A DNA stretch of 64,000 nt from Lachnospiraceae bacterium (GTDB taxonomy: Bacteria; Bacillota; Clostridia; Lachnospirales; Lachnospiraceae), in NCBI GenBank assembly GCA_017480195.1, contig JAFVBE010000011.1:5580-69579 (forward strand), read 5' to 3'. The position numbers were made by a program, and so were the translations under genes. Below the pieces are notes generated by a model. The model saw nothing but the letters and a program-made list of their open reading frames with translations, was not told where the DNA came from and did no database searches. Of this stretch, positions 18,003-28,709 are shown piece after piece (the first letter of the stretch is position 1; each line of letters begins with the position of its first letter).

Positions 18003-21000
18003 TTATGTCAGGTCGAACAGATGTGGCAACAGCTTAATCTTAATTCGCTGGTATACTACATTGCCCTTAGTATCCTCGGCTCGTATAACAATATATGTGT
18101 ATTCATTGTTATATGGAAGGAAGTACTCAGGCTGAAGCTTAAGCTTCGTAGCAGCATGCTGTTCCTTAATAGCATTACCATCTGCATCTATTGCATCAAT
18201 AGTCTCTAATATCTGTCTGCCCTCATCATCAAGCAGATATTCAAGTGAAGCATCATATCTGTATACATTCTTTCTTACACCTGCTGTTACGCTATTTGCA
18301 TCCCATTCAACTATAAGCGGATGATACTCATTTGCTGCATAATCATTAAGAGCACTATCAAGATAATCAAGATCATAGTAAATCTTTAAATTCCTTAATT
18401 TTGCCTCATTATCTACATTAACCTTGAAGCTGAACTCAGGATAAGCACTTGAATCATCAAACTCTGCATAGTAATTACCTGAATTATCCATCTTAATTAC
18501 ATCACCGTATGAATCCTGATCATAATCATATACGACGATAGATGGCTGCTTAATCGACTTCTTAACCGAGTTACAGATAATATTGATGTACAGCTTACGC
18601 TCATCATTATTATCCTTGAATATACCTGTAACCTTGGAATGTCCGGCACCGCAGTAATTTACATTCTTGTAGGTGTAGATGAAGTAGTTATCCTGACCAT
18701 CTCTTGGGTCTGCTGCATATGCAGATGACATCTCCTTAGCATTATTACAAGCTGCAAGCGAATACCATACTGTCATATCGGAATCCTCAAGGTCAAGCGC
18801 ATAAGCCTGTGAATGTGTGCCCGATATAGCAAGCTCATCACTAAGTGTGAATGGATACAAGGTTACTATACCTCTGTTATTCTGACTTGCTGCAGTAGTA
18901 CCATATGAGGTAACCTGTCTTGCAGTGAACTGTGCATCCTTATTGTATGAGGTCATAGCCGACCAGTTAACATCTGCATACTTATATGGGAAGCCAAGTA
19001 TGGTTCTCTCAAAGCTTGCCGTAGCCAGAAGGTCACTAAGTGCTATATTTGACAGATAACAGTTCGAGCATCCTGTCTGGAATACTTTATCCATATCACT
19101 CTTCCATGCTCCGTATTTAGTATTATCTGTCCTAGTTGAAAGATTAGTCATAAAATACACATCAGAATAATTATAGTCTTCCTTAGTTTTACCGTCATAA
19201 GTCGTATAAGGTAGATAGTACATATCTGAAGCAGGATAGTTTGTAGTAACACTATTGTATTTTAAAATAGGAATCTCAAATGTTGCTGTTCCATCACTTC
19301 CAATAGTTCCTGACATAATCTGATTGCCGTATTCTGAGTATCCATTCGAGTTAATTATTAAATCAACCTTTCTTCCGGTCAGATCATAATCTTTTACTAT
19401 TCTATCACTACCTTTTTGCCACTGACTACCATCGTACCACTGATTTGCATTTGGATCAGTCCACCAATAGAATGAATTTTCTTCATAAGTACCTGTAAGC
19501 TTAAAATTAACAACTATCTTATCATCATTATTTACACCTGATATATCTGAGCTGTTGAGCTTACTGGTTGTATTCTTCCAATCACTGCTTTTGTATATAG
19601 GATTATCTTTATCTTTTACATTTGTTATGCTATTATCATCATATATTGATATTGAAAAATCAAAACTAGCAGTATTGGTTGTCGATGAAACTGATGGTAA
19701 ATTATTAAAATATACCATTTGAGATGTTCCATCTTCGTTATATACCTTAAAATTAATATTCATATTATCAGATGAATATACAGATGGTACATCTACTGTT
19801 ACAGAAGTATCTACATATAATTTTTCATCCAATTCATTATGGTATACATCCATACCGAAGTCTTCTATAAGAGCTGCCGTAAGGTTTACCGAACCTGCGT
19901 CCTTGAACTTGGATAAGGTATCATGGAATAACAATACATGACCATCATCCTGTATATACTGCTTCAAGGTAGCTAAAGCTTCCATATCCTTGAAATCATC
20001 ACCGGCGAAGTCTTCAGATGCACCTATTACAACTGTATCATAACAGCCCTCAACCCAGTTCTCATAATTAGCTAATCTGTCATACCTCTTATATTCGTCT
20101 CTATAATAAAGTTCTTTGTCCTTAGCTATTACATAATTATAATAATATGGGTCGATACTCTCACCAATATATGGAACTGCCGTAGCAGGATGCTCTGCAA
20201 ATCTTCTGTTCGCTATAGAATATAAATCCCAATAATATCCGTTATCTATAATTCTTTGAACCTCAGACTTTACATAAGCGGCATTATAAGTTGTATCTTC
20301 GTACAGACCACCGGACGCAGCATTTTCAGACTTGGTATAAATTAAATTACCATCCTTATCATAACGATTAAATGTCTGGTTATATGTCGGAGAATCCGGG
20401 TCTATAGGTAAATGATTATCAGCTCTGTCAACTATAAGCTGAAGCTTCTCAACAAGTATCTTCTCTTGGTCTGCTGTAGTAACCAATATAGCATTACCAC
20501 TCTCATCTTCCAATCTCTTCGAAGAATCTGATGGTGTCTCACTCTGCATATACTGATAGAGCTGCCAATATCTGTCTCTCTCCTGCTCCATCTCTCTCTG
20601 CTTAATGAATGTAAGCTTGAGGTTAAGCATCTCATCAGCAGTTATGCCGTTTGCAGAATCTATCGTATCTGGTATTCCATCTCCATTGGCATCATCAAGT
20701 ACACCATCACCATCTGTATCCTTACCAAATCTTGTGAAATACTCATCTGTCTTATCAACGGCTTTCTCAAAATTGCTGATGGTTGACTGCTTCTCGGCTG
20801 TAGACTGTGATGAGAAGTCATATGCTTCTCTTACTTCCTTATCATACGCCTCGAACTCATCTCTCTTCACTATATCAATATCGAAGTCATATAAATCCGA
20901 TACCTCATCAGCCAAATTATAATCCCAGTCATCACGACCCTTATCACCATATTTGGTTATGGTTGCAGGTGTATTCTTAGGCAAATCAAGACCACTGTTA

Positions 21001-24000
21001 TATGATACTATTCCGAAGAAATGCTCATGTCTACCGGTATATACATCATTTCCGCCATTATCAAGACCATCATCTGTGTCAGCGAAATTACCTCCATACA
21101 TAGCAGAATAATTTGCTCTGTCTCCTGCATTAGATACAGGATTGTAGGTAAGTCTTCTGTATGACTGCTGACATATTGGGCAGAAATACAGGTTATTATC
21201 ACCATTTGTAGAACCGTTTCCACCAGGTTCACCGAGCTTACCTGCCGGCATTATCTGTAATACTCTGACAGTCTGCGTCTGACCTTCCGTATTCTTTATA
21301 AAGGATATACCCTTCTTGCTTGTTACGGCACCTGATTTACCGGTCACTCTAAGTTCCCAATACATCGGACCGCTATAATTAGATGATACAGTATAGGTAA
21401 GAGTAGATTCATTACCTACAGCTGCCACTCCATCATCCGTAAATACACTGTTACCATTATCATCTATATATAACTCTGCCTTAGCAAAATCACCTGTTAT
21501 CTTATACTTGAAGGTTACAGGTCCCGGTGCCAGCTTAGTCGATGCATCATACATATTATATATGGCAGGCGAAGCCGTAACGGTAATCTTAGGTCTGGTA
21601 TTGGACTTAGTAATCAAGGTCTTAAGAGCAAGTCTGTCTCCTGTCTTGACCGTATCATCCACTATATCAGTATCCTCAGCTTCCTTGTCATGTCCTGCAA
21701 ATACGCTCACATAGCCTGTAGCAGTCTTGCCAAGTCTGCCTCCGTCATTATCAGTATATACCGTGCCATCCTGGTTAAAGCCCCACAGGATATTAGAATA
21801 CCCTCCATTTGCACGCTCCTGACAAGCAGTTAAGACCTTCATCATATTACAATCAGGGTCTATAGAATTCTGATAGTATCCATATTCAGCTGCATCCTGA
21901 TATGCTGCTGCTGCATCTTTACTGATTACCACAGGCATATTTGAATTAATATACTCCTTCAAATCCTGAAGCTCATTATAGGTTATATCATTACCATTTA
22001 ATACAGCAAAGGAATCAACATTTTTTCCATTTAAAGTTAGTGAATTCGCTGCTACTTTACCTTTTACTACACCATCATAGTTAGGCGCCATAGCATATAC
22101 AATATCACCATTATGTGAATATACAGTATATATAGGCAATTCCTTAATACTTGTCTTAATAGTGTGATCCTTCAATACACCCGACCATCCTGCAAGACCG
22201 ACAAGACTTAAGTATTCATCAGCCTCCTTCAATGCAGAAGTATTACCACCGATATAGATAAGGTCGTAGGTTCCAAGTATAGAATCCTTGCTTGCCTTGA
22301 ACTCCTCGGTAGACATGTGTACTACATTTATCTTATCTACGGAAAGTCCGGTAACATCGGCTATCTTCGCAGGTGAGAGTTCCCAAGCATAATACTCAGT
22401 ACCATCAGCTAACTCTTCCTTAGTCTTGTTGTTCGCAACCTGACCCGGGACTGTGTAATAATTATCCGGACCATATGCATCAGGATATTTATCTCCACTT
22501 CTTGCACCATCCTCTGTACTTCCAATCTTAGCAGCAAGCTCAAGGTCTATAGGATAACAAGGCTGGAGCTCAAGTACGGTATACTTATTATCAGATGAAC
22601 TCGAACCTGAACCACCTATACCTCTGAAGGATGAGGCATTAATCAAATCAGCTATAACCTTAGCAGTAGCACTGCTTGAGCTTGAGGTAATTATACCGAA
22701 CTCTCTCTGATTAGTAACCATTACATTATCATACATTGATACATAATCACTTGAAGCAACCATATAGAATAACTGCTCATAATTACTGTCAAAGATATCC
22801 TTTGCCTCACCTGAAGCAACCGTAGCCTCTTCACCCTGTGACATAGCTGAATCATATACTATGGATATACTACCATACATAGCAGCAGCGAACTTAGTAT
22901 ATACCTCATCAGTTATACCACCGCTACAGGAAGAATCTATCACAATCAGGTCATAATTATCGAAGTTAGAAGAAGCAACATCTGTAAGCTTCACTTCTTC
23001 AACACTGAACAACTGTGGCATAGTATACTTAGCATTATATCCATACTTCTTCAATATAGTACCATCTGTAAGCTCGTATACTGTACCTGCCACATCCTTA
23101 CCTGTAGTATCTACATAAGTATCATCCAACTTCTTATTACCTGCTATAAGCTGCTGTATCATGCTCTTACCATCTGACGCAGTGAGCTTATCACCATTTG
23201 CACTTATAACAAGTATTCTTGACATGGTCTTCGTCTCTACAGCAGGTGCACTCTCTGTCGTAGTCTCCTCAGTTGAAACTTCTTCTGTAGATGTTGCTTC
23301 TTCCGTTGAAGCCTCCTCTGTAGACGCAGTTTCTTCTGTTGATGCACCCTCTTCTGTTGATGTCTCTTCCTCAGTAGTTGCAGCCTCTTCTGTAGATGTT
23401 GCTTCCGTAGTGGCATCAGCAGACTTTATGCTGACATTTAACCACTTGCTTGAATTCTTTGTACCATTAATACCTAAGTACAGGGAACCGCTTCTATGTG
23501 CCAGGAAATCCTCTGCCGACATATTAGCGCCTGTATTCCAGTCAAATGTATAATAATATCTACCACTTGCATCATATACATTCTTTGCAAGAGTCTTCAT
23601 AGACTCAGTAATCTCAGTACTTGAGCTTCCACCTGCACTGGTTGCAGAAGGAGTATCAATAACCAATGGCTTATAATCACCTATGGCATAAGTATGAAGT
23701 ATATCATATACATCCTCACTTAAGTCATTTGATGAGCTGTACTTGTTGACTGCATCATTACTTACATATACGAAGTCAGCATTAGATATATTAACTAATG
23801 CTGTTTCCTTAGATTCTTCTTTTGCTTTTTGCTCAGCAGACTTAGTTGTATCATTATCAATTTCTTCCTGAGTTCTTAAACTTGAAAGATATGCAACACT
23901 GTAGTATGTATAATCGACACAATTCTCATTCATAACCCTACTTATAGTCTTATTACCATTGAGAACATATTCTTTGAATTTGTCCGAAGTTACATACTCA

Positions 24001-24311
24001 CCAAAAGATGTTTTCTCTCCATCTTTTAAAGCAAACTTACCATCACCATCCTTAAGACTAACAGAGCCAATTTCTATGATATTATAAATTCTCTTGGATG
24101 TATCTTCATTATCATAGGAATTATTGATAATATTATCAATATTAGTATTGGTGTCTACCAGAGAGCTTGCAAGTAAAGTCCCTGAAGACTGTTCCGATGA
24201 ACTTTCCTCTTCATCTGCATGAGAGAATGTCAGGAAAGTTACGGCAATAGCCATAAAAAGCATAGCAACTAATGCAATTACGGTTAATTTTTTATTTCTC
24301 TTGAAAATCAA
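18003..24311 (-). CDS. Giant secreted protein (2102 aa), DUF5057-like; candidate pilus tip adhesin
   Basis: Sec signal peptide (…FSHA|DEEE), TTG start with GGGAGG RBS; VLELQP, YDLIYIGG, NGNDIT..L.EYI, GAGHS..DERKLYIN, C-terminal LFDL resemble DUF5057 proteins (recalled, not searched); last gene of the T4P operon. Confidence 0.7.
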   Translation of the reverse strand: MIFKRNKKLTVIALVAMLFMAIAVTFLTFSHADEEESSSEQSSGTLLASSLVDTNTNIDNIINNSYDNEDTSKRIYNIIEIGSVSLKDGDGKFALKDGEKTSFGEYVTSDKFKEYVLNGNKTISRVMNENCVDYTYYSVAYLSSLRTQEEIDNDTTKSAEQKAKEESKETALVNISNADFVYVSNDAVNKYSSSNDLSEDVYDILHTYAIGDYKPLVIDTPSATSAGGSSSTEITESMKTLAKNVYDASGRYYYTFDWNTGANMSAEDFLAHRSGSLYLGINGTKNSSKWLNVSIKSADATTEATSTEEAATTEEETSTEEGASTEETASTEEASTEEATSTEEVSTEETTTESAPAVETKTMSRILVISANGDKLTASDGKSMIQQLIAGNKKLDDTYVDTTGKDVAGTVYELTDGTILKKYGYNAKYTMPQLFSVEEVKLTDVASSNFDNYDLIVIDSSCSGGITDEVYTKFAAAMYGSISIVYDSAMSQGEEATVASGEAKDIFDSNYEQLFYMVASSDYVSMYDNVMVTNQREFGIITSSSSSATAKVIADLINASSFRGIGGSGSSSSDNKYTVLELQPCYPIDLELAAKIGSTEDGARSGDKYPDAYGPDNYYTVPGQVANNKTKEELADGTEYYAWELSPAKIADVTGLSVDKINVVHMSTEEFKASKDSILGTYDLIYIGGNTSALKEADEYLSLVGLAGWSGVLKDHTIKTSIKELPIYTVYSHNGDIVYAMAPNYDGVVKGKVAANSLTLNGKNVDSFAVLNGNDITYNELQDLKEYINSNMPVVISKDAAAAYQDAAEYGYYQNSIDPDCNMMKVLTACQERANGGYSNILWGFNQDGTVYTDNDGGRLGKTATGYVSVFAGHDKEAEDTDIVDDTVKTGDRLALKTLITKSNTRPKITVTASPAIYNMYDASTKLAPGPVTFKYKITGDFAKAELYIDDNGNSVFTDDGVAAVGNESTLTYTVSSNYSGPMYWELRVTGKSGAVTSKKGISFIKNTEGQTQTVRVLQIMPAGKLGEPGGNGSTNGDNNLYFCPICQQSYRRLTYNPVSNAGDRANYSAMYGGNFADTDDGLDNGGNDVYTGRHEHFFGIVSYNSGLDLPKNTPATITKYGDKGRDDWDYNLADEVSDLYDFDIDIVKRDEFEAYDKEVREAYDFSSQSTAEKQSTISNFEKAVDKTDEYFTRFGKDTDGDGVLDDANGDGIPDTIDSANGITADEMLNLKLTFIKQREMEQERDRYWQLYQYMQSETPSDSSKRLEDESGNAILVTTADQEKILVEKLQLIVDRADNHLPIDPDSPTYNQTFNRYDKDGNLIYTKSENAASGGLYEDTTYNAAYVKSEVQRIIDNGYYWDLYSIANRRFAEHPATAVPYIGESIDPYYYNYVIAKDKELYYRDEYKRYDRLANYENWVEGCYDTVVIGASEDFAGDDFKDMEALATLKQYIQDDGHVLLFHDTLSKFKDAGSVNLTAALIEDFGMDVYHNELDEKLYVDTSVTVDVPSVYSSDNMNINFKVYNEDGTSQMVYFNNLPSVSSTTNTASFDFSISIYDDNSITNVKDKDNPIYKSSDWKNTTSKLNSSDISGVNNDDKIVVNFKLTGTYEENSFYWWTDPNANQWYDGSQWQKGSDRIVKDYDLTGRKVDLIINSNGYSEYGNQIMSGTIGSDGTATFEIPILKYNSVTTNYPASDMYYLPYTTYDGKTKEDYNYSDVYFMTNLSTRTDNTKYGAWKSDMDKVFQTGCSNCYLSNIALSDLLATASFERTILGFPYKYADVNWSAMTSYNKDAQFTARQVTSYGTTAASQNNRGIVTLYPFTLSDELAISGTHSQAYALDLEDSDMTVWYSLAACNNAKEMSSAYAADPRDGQDNYFIYTYKNVNYCGAGHSKVTGIFKDNNDERKLYINIICNSVKKSIKQPSIVVYDYDQDSYGDVIKMDNSGNYYAEFDDSSAYPEFSFKVNVDNEAKLRNLKIYYDLDYLDSALNDYAANEYHPLIVEWDANSVTAGVRKNVYRYDASLEYLLDDEGRQILETIDAIDADGNAIKEQHAATKLKLQPEYFLPYNNEYTYIVIRAEDTKGNVVYQRIKIKLLPHLFDLT
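23253..23414 (-). repeat. Intragenic tandem repeats (15-18 nt) encoding x(x)STEE units
   Basis: ATTEATSTEEAATTEEETSTEEGASTEETASTEEASTEEATSTEEVSTEETTTE. Confidence 0.85.
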
Positions 24312-24330
24312 TTTTCGCTACCTCCCTTTC

Positions 24331-25218
24331 TTAATTATTCTCTAATACATTTGAGTTTCTAATTTTGACCATACCGTCAACATCATAGAAAAGTCCTTTG
24401 TCATCGAAATGAAGTTCTAAGCCTAAAGCTCCATTCCTGCTATCCACAGTGACTACACATCCCTCTATGGAATCATCTGAATTTTTCAGATATTTTATTG
24501 AATCACAGTATGTGCAGTTATTTTTTCCATCACTTGCAAATGTGTAATTATCTGCAACATTAAATGAATATTCCTGTTCACGATACAAGGTCTCATCTTC
24601 AAAGGTGTATGTATATCTTACAGTGTCATTTGTATCATATATGTTATTACCATCTGCGTCCGTAAGATAGTTCTTGTTACCTGAATCATCTAAGACATAT
24701 GCTCTCTCAATCTTGACAGCGGCATCATTATTAAGCCTATCAGGTACTGTTACTTCATCTGCACCGGTTATTGATGTGTAAGGCACTGATACATCAATAA
24801 TTATTTTATTAACATATATCGGCTTTCCTTCAACACTTGAATCGGAGAAAAGCTTTGCGCTTCCATCTCCTCCATATAGAGTTTGTGTAGCTTCATCTGC
24901 TACAAAGTAATAAGCGTCATATGTTCCGGACACATCTGAACCTGATTTAGCATCGGCAAAATCGACCTTGCTTGTAGCAGACTCATCAATGTAGCCATAT
25001 ATTACTACCCGCTTCGACTGCATTATGGCATCCGTGAGCTGGTCATATGTTGTCTGTGCCGTGTTCTGAACAGCTATATTCGCCTTCGACTTTCTAAAGC
25101 TGAATACGCTGCTTCCCATCAATGCACTGACAGCTGTCATAATGAATGCCAACATCGCTATAGCAATAACCAGTTCAATAAGTGTGAAACCGTTATTGCC
25201 TTTAATTTTTTTGTTCAA
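24331..25218 (-). CDS. Minor pilin, PilW/GspJ-like
   Basis: Class III signal NNG|FTLIELVIAIAMLAFIMTAV; TTG start. Confidence 0.85.
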   Translation of the reverse strand: MNKKIKGNNGFTLIELVIAIAMLAFIMTAVSALMGSSVFSFRKSKANIAVQNTAQTTYDQLTDAIMQSKRVVIYGYIDESATSKVDFADAKSGSDVSGTYDAYYFVADEATQTLYGGDGSAKLFSDSSVEGKPIYVNKIIIDVSVPYTSITGADEVTVPDRLNNDAAVKIERAYVLDDSGNKNYLTDADGNNIYDTNDTVRYTYTFEDETLYREQEYSFNVADNYTFASDGKNNCTYCDSIKYLKNSDDSIEGCVVTVDSRNGALGLELHFDDKGLFYDVDGMVKIRNSNVLENN

Positions 25219-25224
25219 ACGTCA

Positions 25225-25818
25225 TCACTCCTTATCTACATGGTAACTACCATTTTTGTTGATTCTTACAGTCGCTACCTTACTTCCGTTCTTCTTCAAA
25301 AATTTATAAGTTCCATAACCATTTGTGCATTCGCCTTTTTTATTAAAAGCAAGGTACATCTCATGTGAAGAGTCAATCTTTGTCTCTGTACCACTAGCAT
25401 CTACATATATTACATCAACATATGCAGACAAGCAGGTTCCCATACCTTTACCAACATTCACAGACTTGATATACACATCCGTAGATGCAACATTGAGCAT
25501 CGTTCCAGTGCTGTCCACTACACATCTCTGAACATATATCTTATTGTCAGAGGCAAGATATACCCTTAGTCCCATAGAATATCCTTTATCCAGATTTCCA
25601 TCCATATCATAATCTATGCTCTTGTTCTTGGCACTGCTTGAAACCATAGCAAGCTCGGTTTCAAAAGAGCTTGCAGCTTCCTTAGCCTTAGCAGAATGCA
25701 TAACAGACAATGCAACGAATGAAACTCCTGTCATTATGACTATAATTGCGATAACTATAATCAACTCAACCAAAGAATATCCACCATTATTTTTTATATA
25801 TGCTTTAGTCATCTTCAT
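25225..25818 (-). CDS. Minor pilin, FimU/GspH-like
   Basis: Class III signal NGG|YSLVELIIVIAIIVIMTG; start moved to the ATG with a GAGGT RBS. Confidence 0.85.
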   Translation of the reverse strand: MKMTKAYIKNNGGYSLVELIIVIAIIVIMTGVSFVALSVMHSAKAKEAASSFETELAMVSSSAKNKSIDYDMDGNLDKGYSMGLRVYLASDNKIYVQRCVVDSTGTMLNVASTDVYIKSVNVGKGMGTCLSAYVDVIYVDASGTETKIDSSHEMYLAFNKKGECTNGYGTYKFLKKNGSKVATVRINKNGSYHVDKE

Positions 25819-25829
25819 AGGCTGCACCT

Positions 25830-28709
25830 CTATTCTACATTCTTCATCCAATTTGAAAACTTACATACATCAGAGTAATCTATGGTGTCGATAGTCTTCA
25901 TCTCGGTTGAATTCAAGCTGGCATCACCTGCATCAGCAGCAGTAGACTCATATTCTTTGAAAACATTCAGGAAATTCTTGCAGTCCTCATCAGTGGACAC
26001 CTGACATTCTCTCAAGATAGTTCTACATATCTCGGCATTTGCTGAGATATTCTTCATATGACCATTAACAAATATCTTTCCACCGGTTATGATAAGTCCC
26101 TCAAATGAGGTTACATTATCTCCGAACTCAACATCATCCTTAGCTATTATGATACCACGAACTGCACCATTTTCATCAACTTTTACTGATTCATTAGAAG
26201 TTACAACATAGTAGCCTGAAGCAAGATTAAGCTTCTTAGTCGAATTAATCTTATCAAAATTCATAAACCTGTTTATAGGTGTTATGAAGCTTGCCGGATT
26301 CTGCAATCCGTTGTCAGCCATCATATTCTCAATATAAGTATATTCTGAATTATCGGCTCCTACTGCAGTACTCTTATGATCCAGATTCCACTTTAAGAAG
26401 AGGTATTCATCATCCAAGTCATCGGAAAACTCAGTTATAACCTTAGTGGATGCATCTGTTTCTGCATAAGCTGTCGAATTAAATAAGTTATCTACGCTTG
26501 CTGTATTAGATACAATGCTGAATCTTGTACCTGATTTACTTGTGATGGCACCTGTTGAATACACCTGCTGGCTCGTACTTCCTTCTGCAAACTTGATAGT
26601 CGTATCCTCAAATCCGGAATAATTCCTTATATCAGTAAGATATGGCTTAAGATTTGAAGTAGTATCAGTCTTATTTAACTCACCAACATACGCCTCTATA
26701 AAGCCGGTCTCATATTCATCTGCATTCTCATATACATCATCAAATAATGGAGACGCAGCCTTCATTATGTCATAGGCTCTATTAAAATCATAATAATAAT
26801 ATTTTACACCGGATATCTCCTGTACTACGCACGGAACACCTTTCGTAAATACGCTTGATGGGAAGAATGCACCGAAAAAGCCTACATCCTTTACATCCTC
26901 GGACAAATCTACATAATAGGTATCATCCGTAGCATCGTATTTTGGCATACTTCTTGATGTTATAGGAATGTATGCTAACTGATTGGACTTTATTGACAAA
27001 CTGTCACCAGTCCTGTAATCTCTAGTATATATAGTCTCTCTTACCGAACCATCAGTATTCAGTACATCTCTGGAAGGATTGTATTCTATAGTTTGTCTGT
27101 TGACTATAGTTGGATTGGTATCTCCATCCAGACTTTCCACATATTCAGAAGAAGATGATGTTATTGCAACAGTATCATCTGTACGCGTAATATTCTTCGA
27201 AAGCTCTATATAAGAACGGCCTGCCAGATACAGAGTTCTTGTCATACTCAAGTCAATCACTGAACGCTCACCATTTATTATGATAGCACTACTGTTATAG
27301 TGACCTCTGTTCTCTGTTGTAACTTTGCCTCCACTGGTTACCTGAACCTGGAAGTTCTTAGTATCAACAACCGGTCCAAATACACGATCATCTCTCTCAG
27401 TGCTGTCTCCATATCCATAATAGCTTCCGTTAATCTTAAAGCTCGAATCTGAAGCATTAAGCTCCGTATCATCCTTTACATATACATTAGCTTTCAAATC
27501 CACCTTAGGTCCAATATAGGTTACATTTTCACCTGTACCAATCCTTGAACTGTAACCATTCATCACAATATCATCAGTCCATATCTCTGACTCAGCAAGG
27601 CTGGTTCCCGACTTGCCATATACAGCCAGCGAACCACGATTGAGTACTGCTATTGTACCCGGAACTATAATAAGGTCAGCAAGAATTGATACATTACCCT
27701 GATTGATATATAATCCTGAATATCTGCTGTGCTCACTGATTCCGTCGTACATATTATCTGCTGCATAGACAATATTTCCATCAGCATTTTTCGAAGCATA
27801 CATATTATAGTATTGCTCCTGTGTTCTTGATGTCACACTGGTATGATTATATTTTTTACCGGTACCTGCCGTATCATTATAAGTATTTTTAGTATATACT
27901 TCACTTGCTAAACCGGTTTCGCTCTTCCATAAATGAGATGTAGATGTATTATATTCCTTATTATAGTAATCCGATGCAGCATATATATTTCCCGTGATTA
28001 CCAATGGGTCTGTCTGATTAACCTCAATACCCATATCAGCAACCATAGCGAAGTTAAATATATTACTTGATGAATTATTCTTCGTGTTGAATACAACATC
28101 AAAGTCAGGATTACCTATCTCTATATCAGCGGATATAGTCTGTGTATAATCGCCATTTGCTACTGACCTGTTATAGCCTACTGTTCTGGTTACAGTAACA
28201 TTCTTTATGATGAGTTTATCAAGCTTCGTGCTGTCATTCTCATCGAATATTCTCTGAACATACAACTTTGAAGCATCAAGTTGAACCGTCTTATCTGTTA
28301 TATAACCTGAGAGTCTGCCCGTGAGATCCGTAGTAAAGTACGGATTACTTGACAGATTCTGCATGAACTGAGCTCTGAACATCTCCTCTGCTTCATCATT
28401 GCTGATATATTCATAAGCATTCGTATCCAGATTATATCTTACCATATGTTCTACAGTATAAATATATGCTTTCTGCATGTCAGAAACCGTCTCGGAACCC
28501 ACTCCGGCATATATTTCTTCCATAGCACGCTCTACATAGTAGAAATTATCTCTTGAATTGAGATCCTGAAGCTTCATCTTGTATGCATAGCCCGCTGCTG
28601 TAAGCAACGCTCCTACAATTATGCCTATAAAAGCCATAGAGACAACTACCATGATAATACTGGAGCCGTTGTTATTTAGTTTTCTTAAAAGTTTTTTTAT
28701 TTTTTTCAA
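25830..28709 (-). CDS. Very large minor pilin, PilX/GspK-like (959 aa)
   Basis: NNG|SSIIMVVVSMAFIGIIVGALL lacking Glu5 (PilX hallmark); C-terminal GIIIA/GLIITGG beta-repeats; TTG start. Confidence 0.8.
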   Translation of the reverse strand: MKKIKKLLRKLNNNGSSIIMVVVSMAFIGIIVGALLTAAGYAYKMKLQDLNSRDNFYYVERAMEEIYAGVGSETVSDMQKAYIYTVEHMVRYNLDTNAYEYISNDEAEEMFRAQFMQNLSSNPYFTTDLTGRLSGYITDKTVQLDASKLYVQRIFDENDSTKLDKLIIKNVTVTRTVGYNRSVANGDYTQTISADIEIGNPDFDVVFNTKNNSSSNIFNFAMVADMGIEVNQTDPLVITGNIYAASDYYNKEYNTSTSHLWKSETGLASEVYTKNTYNDTAGTGKKYNHTSVTSRTQEQYYNMYASKNADGNIVYAADNMYDGISEHSRYSGLYINQGNVSILADLIIVPGTIAVLNRGSLAVYGKSGTSLAESEIWTDDIVMNGYSSRIGTGENVTYIGPKVDLKANVYVKDDTELNASDSSFKINGSYYGYGDSTERDDRVFGPVVDTKNFQVQVTSGGKVTTENRGHYNSSAIIINGERSVIDLSMTRTLYLAGRSYIELSKNITRTDDTVAITSSSSEYVESLDGDTNPTIVNRQTIEYNPSRDVLNTDGSVRETIYTRDYRTGDSLSIKSNQLAYIPITSRSMPKYDATDDTYYVDLSEDVKDVGFFGAFFPSSVFTKGVPCVVQEISGVKYYYYDFNRAYDIMKAASPLFDDVYENADEYETGFIEAYVGELNKTDTTSNLKPYLTDIRNYSGFEDTTIKFAEGSTSQQVYSTGAITSKSGTRFSIVSNTASVDNLFNSTAYAETDASTKVITEFSDDLDDEYLFLKWNLDHKSTAVGADNSEYTYIENMMADNGLQNPASFITPINRFMNFDKINSTKKLNLASGYYVVTSNESVKVDENGAVRGIIIAKDDVEFGDNVTSFEGLIITGGKIFVNGHMKNISANAEICRTILRECQVSTDEDCKNFLNVFKEYESTAADAGDASLNSTEMKTIDTIDYSDVCKFSNWMKNVE

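Noticed and set aside
23253-23414. CRISPR array or DGR-type repeats
   Set aside because: Repeats are in-frame degenerate coding repeats without spacers; no cas, reverse transcriptase or recombinase genes in the window
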